Positions 1 to 12,388 of a stretch of DNA of 64,000 nucleotides are shown here, piece after piece. Position numbers and translations under genes: made by a program. The notes beneath the pieces are model-generated. The model was not told where the DNA came from and ran no database searches. It saw only the letters and a list, made by a program, of their open reading frames with translations. Numbering within the stretch: the stretch's first letter is position 1; each line of letters starts with the position of its first letter. Source of the stretch: Zancudomyces culisetae HAW-14-8 (lineage: Eukaryota > Fungi > Kickxellomycota); contig JBNJNM010000009.1 of NCBI GenBank assembly GCA_052426225.1, positions 310,001-374,000 of the forward strand. Reading direction: 5' to 3'.

Positions 1-941
1 ATGCGGTGATGGCAGAAAGCACGATGGCACAGATAGCGGATGTGTTTGGGGCAGGGATTCACCGAGTGGTGGTAATGGGCAACAATAGCGAGAATATGGA
101 AGGGATTCTGTCGCAATCAGCAGTGATAAAGTATCTGTATGGAAATAGCAACAACAAGTTTGCAGAATTGGGGCCAATTTTGGATACGACGCTGGGAGAT
201 CTGCAGCTAGCGTACAAAAACGTGACAGCAGTTCGATCCGGGACACCATTGACGTCAGCGCTATTTTTGATGGACCGACAAGGCATCAGCTCACTGCCAA
301 TTATTGATGACCAGTGGAGAATCCTTGGGTGTATTTCGCTGTCGGATGTCAAATACCTTGTGCTTCCACAGTTCAAGCATCTTATTCGGGTAACATGCAG
401 AGAGTTCATGCAGAGTATTCGGTACTTCCAGGGGTTAGCTGATGGTCGTGATAAGATGCCAGTCTTTTGTGTGTACCCCGACACCAAGCTGCGATCAGTT
501 ATTGCCAAGCTGGTGGCTACTGACTCGCACCGTGTGTGGGTTACCCAACCCGGAAACTCGGTGACTAAACTGGGTGGCAGCTACACTGGTGGTGGAAATG
601 ACATTGAACTGCGAAGATCGCTTTCCCGAGGTTCTGCGCATAGTAACGCCAACAATCCTGCTACAAACACATCTTCGTCAATGGGAACTGGGAGTGGACC
701 GCTGTCATTAGCTGGAAAGGCGGCAGGGTACGAGTCGGATGGGACTAGCAGCGATGTATCTGATACTTTGAGTAGTGGTGGAAGTCGCCATCTTGCAGGC
801 GGAATTGTGGGGATGGGTTCAGCGCTTGTGGAAGGCTCGGTGTGTGGTGTGGTCAGTTTGACTGACATTATGCATGTTTTGTCTAACCGCACTCAGGCCT
901 GTAATGATTCTCAATCCGACAATCTGGCTCATATGTGCTAA
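1..941 (+). CDS. SDS23: CBS-domain protein, Sds23/Sds24 family (5' part outside window)
   Basis: Tandem CBS motifs (HRVVV..GILSQSAVIKYL; ALFLMDRQGISSLPIID..GCISLSDVK; VIAKLVATDSHRVWV..GVVSLTDI); frame open to window edge; TAA 939-941. Confidence 0.85.
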   Translation, partial: AVMAESTMAQIADVFGAGIHRVVVMGNNSENMEGILSQSAVIKYLYGNSNNKFAELGPILDTTLGDLQLAYKNVTAVRSGTPLTSALFLMDRQGISSLPIIDDQWRILGCISLSDVKYLVLPQFKHLIRVTCREFMQSIRYFQGLADGRDKMPVFCVYPDTKLRSVIAKLVATDSHRVWVTQPGNSVTKLGGSYTGGGNDIELRRSLSRGSAHSNANNPATNTSSSMGTGSGPLSLAGKAAGYESDGTSSDVSDTLSSGGSRHLAGGIVGMGSALVEGSVCGVVSLTDIMHVLSNRTQACNDSQSDNLAHMC

Positions 942-972
942 TTCTTTTTTATTTATTTATTTATTTACTTGT

Positions 973-2325
973 TTATTTGAGTTTTAGTATTTTAAACTCA
1001 TCACTATGTACTAATTTTGCCAAATAAATCAGTTTTTCTGTTTCTATTTGGAACAAGCGTTTGTTGGGTTGGATTTGGGCTAGCCCCAATAAATCGCCAA
1101 GCTTGTTTTCTTTCTCATCCTTACTATCTTGGTGGTAGTTCTTAACTATTAGTTTTAGCCCGTTTTGAATGGTTTTGTTTTTTGACATGGACAAGAATTT
1201 AAGCAAGTTTTCCAGCTCTTCAAACGATGCCAAAATATCGCCACTATTGAGTGGTAATGGTGTGAATTTGACCACACTGGCGTTTACTTTTGGTTGTGGG
1301 ATAAAGCTGGCTTTGTTCACCTGGTATATGATTTTTGGATCAAACAGACATGACGTCAGAATAGATAATCTGCTGCGTGATGGGTCTCCAATAGGTGCCA
1401 CAATCCGGTTGGCCACCTCGGTTTGGAACATCAATGTCATTGTGATTTCTCGGTCTATTTCCATTTCACCATTATCATTATCATTATCATGATCATGACC
1501 ATTGACATCGTATTTACTCGTATTAACTTTGTTGTTTCGGGTATATATCAGTCGAATCAATTCTATCAATATCTTTGTTGATACATTGAATGGTAGATTT
1601 CCCATAACATTAATTCTCTCTATATTCGAATCTGTCCCAGTGTACACTTTAACATCCCTCTCCAAATCCTTCTTGTTCTCTTGCTTTCCCTTCTCCTCTT
1701 CCTTTTTTACCCTCACTTTTGTCAATATTTCATCCTTTATAATCCCATTCATATGTTCCAGCACATCACCCAGAATCAATTCATACTTGCTTTCACTTTT
1801 CTGAATCTCACCACCACTGCTACTAGTTGTGCTCACATTATTTTCTGCATGTTGTTGGTACAAATATAACAATTCTTCTAGAATTGGTCGAAACTTCTCG
1901 TCCTTCTCTATTAACAATAGATCTTTGGCTCCATAATCGATTATTGATCTTGTTAGTAATCCTGGCCCTATTTAAATATATCCAAAATCAAATTGTTTTT
2001 ATTGTTTTTTTAAAAAAAAATTCTGGATACTTTCCCCAACTTTTCTATTGATTTATCATATATTCTTACCTGGTCCAATCTCAATAAATTTCGTTCGTTC
2101 GGTTTGCAACTTGGCCTTAAATAATATCTTGTCTGTAATGTTCTTGTCTAGAATGAAATTCTGGCTTAATTGTTTTTGCCCCGTTATGCCATATATCCGA
2201 AGCAAGTCCCGAATCGTTGGTAGTTTTGGCGCTACTATGGCTGTCGCTGTTTCAGAAATACTTTTCTTTACTATATTGCTGGTGATTGCCGAATTCCTCA
2301 TACATATTGAACCCACCACTCTCAT
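973..2325 (-). CDS. mitochondrial rRNA adenine dimethylase, TFB1M/KsgA-Dim1 family; 2 exons (2325-2070, 1967-973)
   Basis: LSQNFILDKNITDKI; SAM motif EIGPGPGLLTRSI created by splicing GTAAG..TAG intron 2069-1968; GNLPFNVST, MFQTEVANRI, RSRLSI, FIPQPKVNASVV; N-terminal presequence-like leader. Confidence 0.9.
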
Positions 2326-3101
2326 TTTTGTAATATTTTAATATACTCTTTACTCTACAATTGTTTTAAACTAACTGATTGTCTAATATATTTGATATCA
2401 GCTGTGCATTATATCCCTCTTTTAAAACAAATAACAAAATTTTCATATTCTTTCACTGCTATTTTTCAGATTTAATCATCACATTACTTTCTTTGGCATT
2501 TTAGATCGTTGAAAAATTTTTTATAAGCAAAATTATTAATTCCCAAATCTGATCAATTAAACTTTTTTTTTCAACTATTTTTTCTATATCATTTTCCCCC
2601 AATACCAAACTCACCCAACCCACAATAACTTGTTCACAATGTTACAATAATTCTTCAAATTATATAAGCTCAACTCTACTCTATTCAGCTCGACCTCTCG
2701 GCTCCCACTGAACTCAAATGATTCCATATCACAGTTACAGCCAAACACGCATATTCAATTCTTTTTTTTTTTTTCGTTCTTCCACAACCCAGCTTATTGT
2801 TGTTAGATTTTGTTAAATATTAGCAACAGTTTTGGTGTAAAAACTTTTTGTTCTTATTTTCATAATACGCTTCCTTTCCCCTTCTCCCTTCATGTATCCA
2901 AAAAATTAATAACCAAAAAGGTGCAGGAGAAAGAGAAGTGGCAAGTAAAAAATAAACGTATAGTATAAAATTCAAAACAAGCTAAAAACGTAAAAATATT
3001 TATAAACATAATTTTATTATTTTTTTCCAGATTCGTGTACTGCAAGTTTGAAAATAAAACATTGAAGTCTCATTCTCCTTCCCCCTACTCTACTCCAAGG
3101 C

Positions 3102-4107
3102 TTAGTCTTTCTTGAGTTCTGATGATGAGGAGGCTGGTGCTGATGCTGATGCTGGTGGTACAGGACATCCAAGTTTTTGGGCTTGGATGCAGCATGGCTT
3201 AAGAACCTTTTCGTATGCCTTTGTGGCTCCCTATTTCAAGTCATAAACGTCAACAGTTAGTAAAATTTCAGTAAATCGGACTTTTTACCCCCGTCCTTCT
3301 TTTTTTGATACAAACCAAACAAGATGCTCTGCTCTATTGTATAACAATAATTCAGATAAATAAAAGTGAATACCCACCTGGTAGTGTGGTGAAGCCAACC
3401 AGATCAAGAGTGCAAGCTTGAATACATAGTAGAATGGGATCCAGTATGTCAAGAAGCCACTGAAATACTCAAGTACATTGATTCCTGAGAAGATCATCCT
3501 ATTTTTTTCCAATAAAGTTTACATTAGATTAGCTATAACTCTTCTCAAATGAATAACCCCTCCCCAAAAAAGGCATATATAGAAGAGGGAAAAGCAGAGT
3601 GCTAAAAAACAAAAACAAAAAGGTGTTGTTCTTACCAGAATGAAAGCCACTGAGTGCTACCTTGGTGTCCCCGAGTTTCGATAGCTTGCATTGAACCGTG
3701 GGCTAAATATCAGAATAAAAAATTTTAAGGTTAAAAATGACTCTTTTTTGTTTTCAGTTTGCAGGCCAAGAATACGTGCCATATGATGTGATACTAAGAA
3801 AAATAAAACAATCCAAAGGCATAGAAAAGGCCACGGTCCCTCTTCATATACCTTTACTTTCTTTTTCGTTAGTAATGTTCTAAGGAATGTGTGACTTACT
3901 GGCAAAAGCGAATGCGAGAGCATTTACCAAAAACTGTCCGGCGCAGTTAAATGCTATCATGATGAGAAGTATTCCTGCTACACCACCAACAGCATAAACC
4001 TTGGGGACCTTGGTCTTTGTTTCCAAGTCATTCAAGTGTGGATACTTTGAAAGTGTCTTTTCAGCACAGTTGTAGTACTCGTTAAACTTGCTCTTTGCTT
4101 GATCCAT
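3102..4107 (-). CDS. YOP1: Yop1/REEP5 (TB2/DP1/HVA22) ER-shaping protein; 4 exons (4107-3900, 3702-3636, 3498-3378, 3230-3102)
   Basis: Spliced product contains LETKTKVPKVY, SMQAIETRG..TQWLSFW, YWIPFYYVFKLALLIWLASP..GATKAY; canonical GT-AG introns. Confidence 0.9.
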
Positions 4108-7100
4108 TTTTGTGTATATCTTGATGGGGGGTTTTTTTGAAACTAACTTTTGAAAACTCTGTGTATTTATGGTTGTAGTGCTATGGTATAATATATACTC
4201 TTGTGTAGTTTATAAAGCAATAATTTTAAAGAGAAAAAGTTTTTTATTTTCCTTTTTTTTATATAAACGTCATTAGATTTATGCCTTTTACAACATGCAA
4301 GGAATTTTTTTTTTGTTGTTGAAAATCTGTTTTCATTTTCTTGCTTCGTTCTACATGAAAAATTATGGGAAAGCAACACAAACTCTTTCCTGCAACCAAG
4401 GCTACAGGTCCATTGAAATGAAAAGCTTTGTTTATTCACATGTTTATTTGCTGTAAATTTTTTAATTTTGGACTCATTAACACACTCTTTGCATATAGCG
4501 GTAATATAAATGATACACAGCCCATGAATCTGTTGTATTTCTCTTTCAATGCCAAAAAAGCAAAAAGGAATAGCGTGCTGTGGTAGGGTGGTGTACGTAG
4601 TAGACAGGCGAGTAAGAATAAAAATATTAAAAAAAAAGAAAAAGGCGATATCACTAGTGGTCATCTTGACTGCCTTCTGGAGTTGATGATCCTTTTTTTT
4701 TTTGCCATCTTTCAGCTTCTATGCGTTTAAAGCTGTTTAGTTACTGCAAGAAACAGCACAAAATCTCAGTGTTAAATTTGGTAAATCGCTTGCCAAAAGT
4801 AGTGGAGGAGGGGAGCAAGGATTAACATTATTCCAAAAAAAAAAAGAGCGCCTAGAAAAAAGTAACCACATTTTCCATCAAATAGAAGGCTAGGCGTATT
4901 GAAAATGTACCCAATAAACGCGATCTGTTTCCTCAACCGCTTTTTATTTCGTTCATTGTCGATTTTTTTTCTTTTTGATGCGCTTTTTTTCACGCTAATT
5001 TTTTAAACCCAGACCTTTCTAATTTGGGTTTACACTTTCAATTTGATAATTTAAGTGCAGGTTCAATATGATTGAGTTAAAATTATTCGGTTTATTTTTT
5101 AGATATTAATAACTGTAATAAAAGTTCTAATTACAGACCCAACTTTAAAAAAATTAGCTAGAAGAAACCAGAACAAATGGGGGGAAGGGGGACTCGCCAT
5201 AACCAACCCATAGTCGCATGTTTTACAGTTCACTTTGGTACTTTTTTTTATCCGTATCCCCCAACCTTCGATATCAATACGTTTACACACTTTATTTTGT
5301 AAAACAGACCTATTCTATCACCCCAGTTTGTTTTCCACCCCAATTCTACCCAGCCCCCACTCCACGCATAAACATTTCGTTGGCAAATGGGTGCTTTTAT
5401 CAACCACTTCACCTGTTTTTTCTTATTCTTTTTTTTTACTTGCTCAAATGAATTCATTTTCTTATAAACTCCCAATATCTTCACCCACAACCCAACCCGT
5501 AAACGCATCTCTTGCCTTTTTTTATATACTGAATCACATTCACATTCACATTCATATTGATATTGATATTCACATGTGTGTGAGGACTCAGCTGGAACAG
5601 CTTACTTTGCCAGATATGTTCTTAAACCTTTTTCCCCTCCCTCCACCATACACTATTTGTAAATAATGGTACTTTAGTATGATCATCTCTGTCTCTTTCA
5701 CACTATCATTGTTATTTCTTGGGGTTTACAGAACAACATGTACAAAAGCTAATTATACACTATCTGTTTTATTTTGATAACTTCACGGCACATGTGAGAA
5801 AATTGATACCTTTTATTATTTATGCAAATTAGTAATTTGCTTGCATTTGAGATTACAATACATAATATACACAGCTCTTAGTGGTCCTCCATACAGCCCA
5901 TATTTCTCTAAATTCTGCTTTTTCTCTAACTTTTTCCAATTCATCCATATAGCTTTATCACTTTATTTCCGCAAAAGTGCACAAGATCACAACCAACCTA
6001 ATCGTCCAACCTGAATTGGTGTACTCATACATAAAAATACCCGAGTATAACAAATCACTTGCATTGAGAAAAGTACGGCATTATTTTTCGCTGTTTTTGC
6101 TTTTGTTTTTTCTTTCACTTTCCATTTCCAATTTCCATTTCCAACACTCATTCTCCTTCACAACCCAAAAACCAGAAACTTAATTATCATATGTTGCTTT
6201 TCGTTTTTACTCTTCTCCCCCCTCCCAATAACCTACATACAAGTTGATCTATTCGAGATGTCTCACAAACAAACAAATAACAAACACGAAAACGGAGGCG
6301 TGGAGTTATCGGAAACGTCTGAACTTATCAAGTTGTAAATAAAAGGCCAAATCAAAAAAGACGAGGACGTGGCAGGGGAATGGCGAGGGACTTGGTGGAA
6401 AGCCAGATACTCATTCACTTTCCTCTCCACCTCATTTCCTCTTTCCTCCAAAGGTATCAGTTGAAATGAAATACACATGAAACAAAACTTCCTTTTTTTT
6501 TTGATTACTTTATTCAGATCACATCACTTGCAGATGTTAATAAAAATCATTTGACAGTTAAGATTGGCGGTTTCTGTGATTTCATATGTCTTGTTTGTTT
6601 CTAGTGAAAAGGGTAAAGAAAAAAAGAAAAAAGTCAGAGTTGATAACATTGGCCGCTTTCAAGGATTTTGTAATAAAGGTCTTACGACAAGTTTCTTTTT
6701 TTTTCTTATCAATGTCAATCTGATTTTTAACCAAAGTCTAACACAATATACCACACCTATATTGCATCTATACTGCTCAGTAACAACCCGAATGTTAAGA
6801 GGTAAATTAAGGGCAAAACTCGACCAGGTTTTAAGTATATTTATAACAGGCACATTCTAGGGTTGGAGTACGAGTAAACATAGTTATACCGCTTTTGACT
6901 TTAAAAGAAAACTAGATTACAAATAAAAGTTTGTAGAATTTAGCTGAGAGAAATTAGTTTTAAATAGTAAAACAGGAGATGAAAGGATATATTTGTTCAA
7001 AAAACGCTTGGTTCAACTAGTAGTTTATTCGATTTAGTGTTATGTTTTTCAATCGCACTTTCTAAGCAAAAATCTAAACAAAAAACCGATAAAAAAAATT

Positions 7101-7318
7101 AATCCAGTTTAATAGTTTATGTGGGAAGGAAAAGCAAGTATAAAATCTTCTCATCTATACCTGTTCTCTGCCTTCCTCCTCCTTCTCCATCATAAAGCGG
7201 GTAAGATGATACCAAATTAGGAAATAATCAAGAATCAAAAAAAGCAAAAAAAAAAACAAAAACAAAAACGGTTGTGCAAAAATAAACGTAAAAAAATATA
7301 TACAAAAAAGTAAAATGA

Positions 7319-8170
7319 TCAAGCATGTTTACTTTTCTTTGTATGAATAACCCTTTCTAGTCGAAGCCTAGGGACTTTATCAATAATAGTAAATAAAATA
7401 AACACAATCGCAGATAACGAACCCAATGTAGTCGTTGCAGCGATTAAAAACATGATGATTTGTTGGCTGTGAGCTGCCTGCATAACATCAGCACCACCGA
7501 TAATTTGACCTGTCATCATACCGGGTATAGAAATCAAACCAGTGATACTCATATTGTTGATACTGGGGATCATGGCATTTCTCATGGATTTAATAAGGAT
7601 GGGTTTCATGGCCTCATACCTGGTCGCTCCAAATGATAGGTAACACTCAATTATGTCACGTTCGCTATGTACAGATTCGAGAGCGGTTTTTATGCCCATG
7701 GTGATTCCAACCATACAATTTCCAAACAGCATTCCCATAATAGGAATAAATTTGTAGGCGGCCCAAGGTGGATTGGTGTTCATTGAAAATTTGTTTCCAA
7801 TTATTCCAATTGTGCAGGAGCTAATATATACGGATATAAATACTGTCAAGAGCATCCCGGGCACTCTATGATCGCTTCGCCAGTATGTAATTTCATACGC
7901 TGCCAAGCCACCCAAAATTGTAGTCATTAGGAAGGAATAAAGCATACTTTCACTGCTCAAAACCTTGGTTAGCACCATGGCCATTAATGTCAATTGGATC
8001 AAACAACGGGTTGCGGATATAAACAGGGATCTTGTGAGTTTGAGATCTAGAAAGTATGAAAGAAGTCCGTTAAGGGTCAACAGTGCGGCGGCTATAAAGA
8101 CATTGAGCCAACCGATTGGCAAATCGTCCTTTGGAGGTATATTCATTGTCATTGTCATTGTCATTGTCAT
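7319..8170 (-). CDS. UPF0014 family membrane protein (FetB/YbbM, plant STAR2/ALS3-like ABC permease subunit)
   Basis: RCLIQLTLM, FIPIMGMLFGNCM, IECYLSFGATRYEA, IPSINNMSITGLISIPGMMTGQIIGGA..AA..QIIMFLI family motifs; about 7 TM; intronless. Confidence 0.9.
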   Translation of the reverse strand: MTMTMTMTMNIPPKDDLPIGWLNVFIAAALLTLNGLLSYFLDLKLTRSLFISATRCLIQLTLMAMVLTKVLSSESMLYSFLMTTILGGLAAYEITYWRSDHRVPGMLLTVFISVYISSCTIGIIGNKFSMNTNPPWAAYKFIPIMGMLFGNCMVGITMGIKTALESVHSERDIIECYLSFGATRYEAMKPILIKSMRNAMIPSINNMSITGLISIPGMMTGQIIGGADVMQAAHSQQIIMFLIAATTTLGSLSAIVFILFTIIDKVPRLRLERVIHTKKSKHA

Positions 8171-8987
8171 TTCCTATTCCTTTTTTGTATTATTATATTC
8201 GTTTCTCTTACTATCTTTTTTTTTTATTTGGTCGCTTTTAATTATGGATTGTTTCCTTTTAACGCGAGTAATAGATAGGGGTGGGTGGATTTGTTGAATT
8301 CGTCTCTATGAATAAAGCAAAAGAATCTCCTTGTAGGCTATAAAAGGCATATGCTTTTCTCTTTTTGTTTTGTTTTGTTTTGCTAATACAGTAACATATA
8401 TTGGAAAGTAAAGAGTCTATCGAATTGTTACTAGATTGAACCTGGGTATCATAAAGGACAAGAGTTGTAAAAAGGCCAGTTATAGAATATTTTCTTGTTT
8501 TTTTTACTCTTTTTACTCTTTTTACTTTTCGGTAAAAGTGGTGGTATTGATGGTGATATTGGGAGAAGTGGGAGTAGTGGGAAGAAAAGTAGGTGGGGGG
8601 AATGGGAGGATGAGCTTGGGGAGGCGAGGTTAGGAGTTAAGAGATATAAATTTGATTAGCTCATTATCAATGTTATTTTGTGTCTGTTATTTTTTTTCGC
8701 TAATCAAATTTGATTATCGATACTTTTTACAAGCAAATAAAATGATTGAAATTATGATCAATCAAGCCATTAAAAAAAAAATTTTAAAAGAAAAGCATTG
8801 GGTTGGAGCATGATAATAACAAAGAAATAAAAGAAAGTGGTGGTGTATGGTGGTTGTAGATGATAGCAGAGGTAGAAGTGGAGGTAAAGGCTAAAACAGT
8901 GTATGATAAAAACAATGGTTTAAAATAGAAAAAAAGCATGTTTTCACTCTTCTCTAATATATAAACTAGATATGTAAGTATGTGAGA

Positions 8988-10649
8988 CTAAAAGAATTTG
9001 TCAGATAAAAGATATGCTAGTTTTGCGGCTCTATCAATACGTTTCTCCCTTGGTAACGTTGACAATTCATCTATTTTAGCAATAAAATTATAATTATAAT
9101 ATTAAGGTTTATGGGTATATAATATGTAAACTACTAGTGGAGCAAAGAAATAAGAGATGTATTAGAATTTAATAGTGTGTAAAATATAAAGTACCTCTTG
9201 ATTGTTTAATGAAGTTGGTGAGATTAGCTAGGTCATCGGAGTCTTGGAAAGTCATAAACTCTGACCATTCGGTATCTTGATCTTTATCACTATCACTATC
9301 ACTATCGACATCTTTGTCATTAGATGGGTCTATTTTGTTTTTGTTTTCATTTTCATTTTCGTTCTCATTAACATTTACACTTTGTGGTTGTGGTTGTGGT
9401 TGTGGTTTCGGTTTCGATTTTTGATTATCAGTATTGGAACTATTCTCTTGGCAAACATCAAATTTATCATCAATCAATAATCCAGACATGGAAAGAGAGG
9501 ATTTTTCCGAATCATCTAAAGTAGAAACCCAAATATCTGTGTTTATGAGTGAAGAGATTATTTGGTTGGCGGTATGTGTACAAAATTCAATACAAACATC
9601 ATCAGTTACAATTTTTGTTGTTTTTTTTGAAAGAGTTAATTTACAAGTACAGGAAGGCAAAGAAGTATTGTTGGTGTTGGTACTAGTATTAGTATTGATA
9701 TCAATGTTGGTCAAAAGAGGTTCTGTTGAGAATGATGGTAGTGATGTTGATGGCGTAGTGTATTCGTCGTCATTATTATCATTCTCACCAGAATCTCCAT
9801 TTTCAGAGGGGAAGTGGGAGTGGTAGGAAATATATTCCCAGTTATTCTCAATACAATAGTCCTCTAGAATATCATCATCGTTCATTGTAGTATCCCCACA
9901 AAGACCATTGCTCTCACTACTGTCAGATATATTAAATTGGGTATTAAAAGAAACACAAATCAGAACGTCGACATTATGTGCACGTGACAGTGAATCCAGT
10001 ATGTTTAAAGTATCGAGGTTGGTTTGTACCTATTTACAATCAAAGCAAAAAAATAATAATAGAAATTAATAAATAAATAAATACCATATTTTATAAATAT
10101 GTTTATATATATAATGAAAGAGGAAAAAATTTACATTTAAAGGATTGGCAAAATAAACAATTGCACCCACACGAGTAAAAGGTATGGAAGACAAAGTATT
10201 TCCATTTTCGTTATCATTATCATCATTATCATTATCGCCATCTTTATCTGTATTTTTGGGTGGTGAGTTGTTTATTGCGAGTTTGTGGAAGGATCCATTT
10301 GCTGAATAGTATTTAGTGGTGATTGACCAAGTTGACAAATCTGCCGGAATGGAAAAGTTTCGGGATGAGTGGCTATGGAAATCTATAACATAAAAATATT
10401 GGTGGTTGTAGTTATGGTTGTGGTTGTGATAGTGGTTGGGGGAGGGAGGGGGAGAGTGAAGAGGTTTGTTGTTAATAGAAAGACAAGATTGAATGAATAG
10501 TCAAAGATAGAATAAGAGTTAAATAAAGATGTAATAATAGACTTACGTGATAGTAGGGTGTTTATATTGTAACAGTGAGGAGTCGAGTCGAGTTTGTCGA
10601 GTTTGTGGAAGTCTTGGACGAGAAGGATGATATTTTTGGTTTGATTCAT
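8988..10649 (-). CDS. alpha/gamma-adaptin-binding protein p34 (AAGAB/Irc6-like), multi-exon
   Basis: WSITTKYYSA motif, DYCIENNWEYI, and a last exon (about 9070-8988) encoding DELSTLPREKRIDRAAKLAY, which matches the AAGAB C-terminal helix; exon borders partly inferred. Confidence 0.7.
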
Positions 10650-10906
10650 TGTAAATAATAAAGTATTCTGTGTTCAAAATATAAAAGAAACTGTTGATAA
10701 GGTGAAGAAACAAATGAGGAGGTGGGATAGAATATGATGTAAATGTAAATGTAAAAAGTGGAATGTGTTTTATTTGCAAATGTTTTTTTATAAAAAAGTA
10801 AAGTGCACAAGAGAACAATGTAAATAAAAAAAATGAAAAAAGATTTAAATAAAAAAATGATCAAAACTCAACTCACTTTCCCCTTTTTCAAATGGAGCAA
10901 ACAAAA

Positions 10907-12388
10907 TTATTGCTCTTGTTTTTGTTCTTGCTCTTTTTCTTGCTCAGTTTCTTGTTCTTTTTCTTGTGGTTGTTCTTCTTGTTGTTGCATAAGGACAGCG
11001 ATTTTTTCCTCAGCCTTTTTGCGGGATTCGGCAGTGGCACGATCTTGGTCTTTTAGAAGACGAGATCTCAATTGGTTAATGGAATCAATAACAGAGGAAA
11101 CTTGAGAAACAGAGGTAGGAGGAGAAATCTTCAAGTCATTAAAACGATCCAGAACAGCGAGAGGAAGTTTAATTGCTTTTGTTGATGAGGAGGCGGAGGT
11201 GGAGGAAGCGGAGGAAGACTTTGATTTCTTAGATTTGGCGGCAGAAGAAGTGGCAGGGAAGTATTCTTCATTACGGTGTTCTTTTTTGACCAAAACTTTT
11301 CCAGAAGGAATAGGAATGGAGGCGTCGACAGAACGGATGTTTGCGTTTGGAGCCAATGCTGAAGCAGATTGTTTTTGAGCAGAAGAAGAGGAAGAAGAGG
11401 AAGAGTCGAGAGGAGTGACAGAGTGTTGTTTGAGATAGTTTGTTTGTAGGTAAGAAATGAGATTTGCGCAGCTGCTAATCTCTTCGGAATAGGCAGGAAT
11501 CTCGGCGTTTTCACGTTCGATTTGAGCGAGCTCCATTAATTTGGCACGTCGTTCCTGTTCCTTGCGCTCTTTTTCTTGCTCAATGCGTTGCTGGCGTTCT
11601 TCGGTCAACCGTTCATAAAACTCGTTGTTTTGTGCACGGAACTTGGCGATGCTTTCTTTCTTTTCGGTATATAGCTGGTCGATTTGGTCCCGAAGTTCGG
11701 TCTTTTTCTTATATAAACTGTCTACAGCTGCCTGCATGCTGCTCTTGTTGTTCTTCAATTCATCAAGTTTGGCTTGGATGCTCAGGTATTCTTGGTTAAG
11801 TGCTTCGTTGTTGGTATCAGCAAGTTGTTTGCGGATTGCATCCAGCTCGGTTCTCTTATTGCTCAATTCGACGTGTAGTTCTTCGACTTTTTGTACTCCC
11901 TTGCGTGACTTTTTCAAGGAACTTACTTCGTTTACCAATTTCTTTTCATCTACCAACTTCATTGTTCCTGATTCTATTTGGTTCTCGTATGCCTTGATCT
12001 GTTTATCTATGTCCTCTACTCTGGTATACTTGTTTTTGCTCTTCAATGCCTTGATTTCCTCATCCAATCTCTTTATTCCAGCTTGCAATTCATCCCGACG
12101 ATCGAATACAATCTTTTTGCTTTGTTTCAATTCTCCTTGTTCTTTTCTGATTGCGTTCAGCCTTTCAATCAACTGTTGTCTTTCTCCACCTCCCTCTCTC
12201 TTGCTTCGGCTATCATTGATTTCTTTTTGTACTTTTTCCTGCTCCTTTTTCAAGCTCTCGATTTTCTTTTCCAGGGCTGCAAGTCTGGCCTTGTGTGCTT
12301 CTTGGTCTGGCTTAACCAGTCTGCTTCGCTTAATGGTCTTTTTTGAATCGACCGACCTGTCTGTGCTGTTGTTGTTGGTATTCTCCAT
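10907..12388 (-). CDS. BFR1: Bfr1-like coiled-coil RNA/polysome-associated (nuclear segregation) protein
   Basis: KPDQEAHK, EDIDKQIKAYENQIESGTMKLVDEKKLVNEVSSLKKSRK, PAYSEEISSCANLISYL; first ATG at 12388 (track start is TTG). Confidence 0.85.
   Translation of the reverse strand: MENTNNNSTDRSVDSKKTIKRSRLVKPDQEAHKARLAALEKKIESLKKEQEKVQKEINDSRSKREGGGERQQLIERLNAIRKEQGELKQSKKIVFDRRDELQAGIKRLDEEIKALKSKNKYTRVEDIDKQIKAYENQIESGTMKLVDEKKLVNEVSSLKKSRKGVQKVEELHVELSNKRTELDAIRKQLADTNNEALNQEYLSIQAKLDELKNNKSSMQAAVDSLYKKKTELRDQIDQLYTEKKESIAKFRAQNNEFYERLTEERQQRIEQEKERKEQERRAKLMELAQIERENAEIPAYSEEISSCANLISYLQTNYLKQHSVTPLDSSSSSSSSAQKQSASALAPNANIRSVDASIPIPSGKVLVKKEHRNEEYFPATSSAAKSKKSKSSSASSTSASSSTKAIKLPLAVLDRFNDLKISPPTSVSQVSSVIDSINQLRSRLLKDQDRATAESRKKAEEKIAVLMQQQEEQPQEKEQETEQEKEQEQKQEQ

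Noticed and set aside
4282-4291. TGCCTTTTAC, identical to U5 snRNA loop 1
   Set aside because: No flanking stem or downstream Sm site
6240-6414. Minus-strand 20-codon sORF (MSIWLSTKSLAIPLPRPRLF) followed by a GTATGT donor-like site
   Set aside because: Could not build a coherent spliced gene or find homology; insufficient support
4167-6860. Numerous 60-165 aa ORFs in AT-rich intergenic DNA
   Set aside because: Phe/Lys/Ile-rich translations of poly-A/T tracts without coding signature
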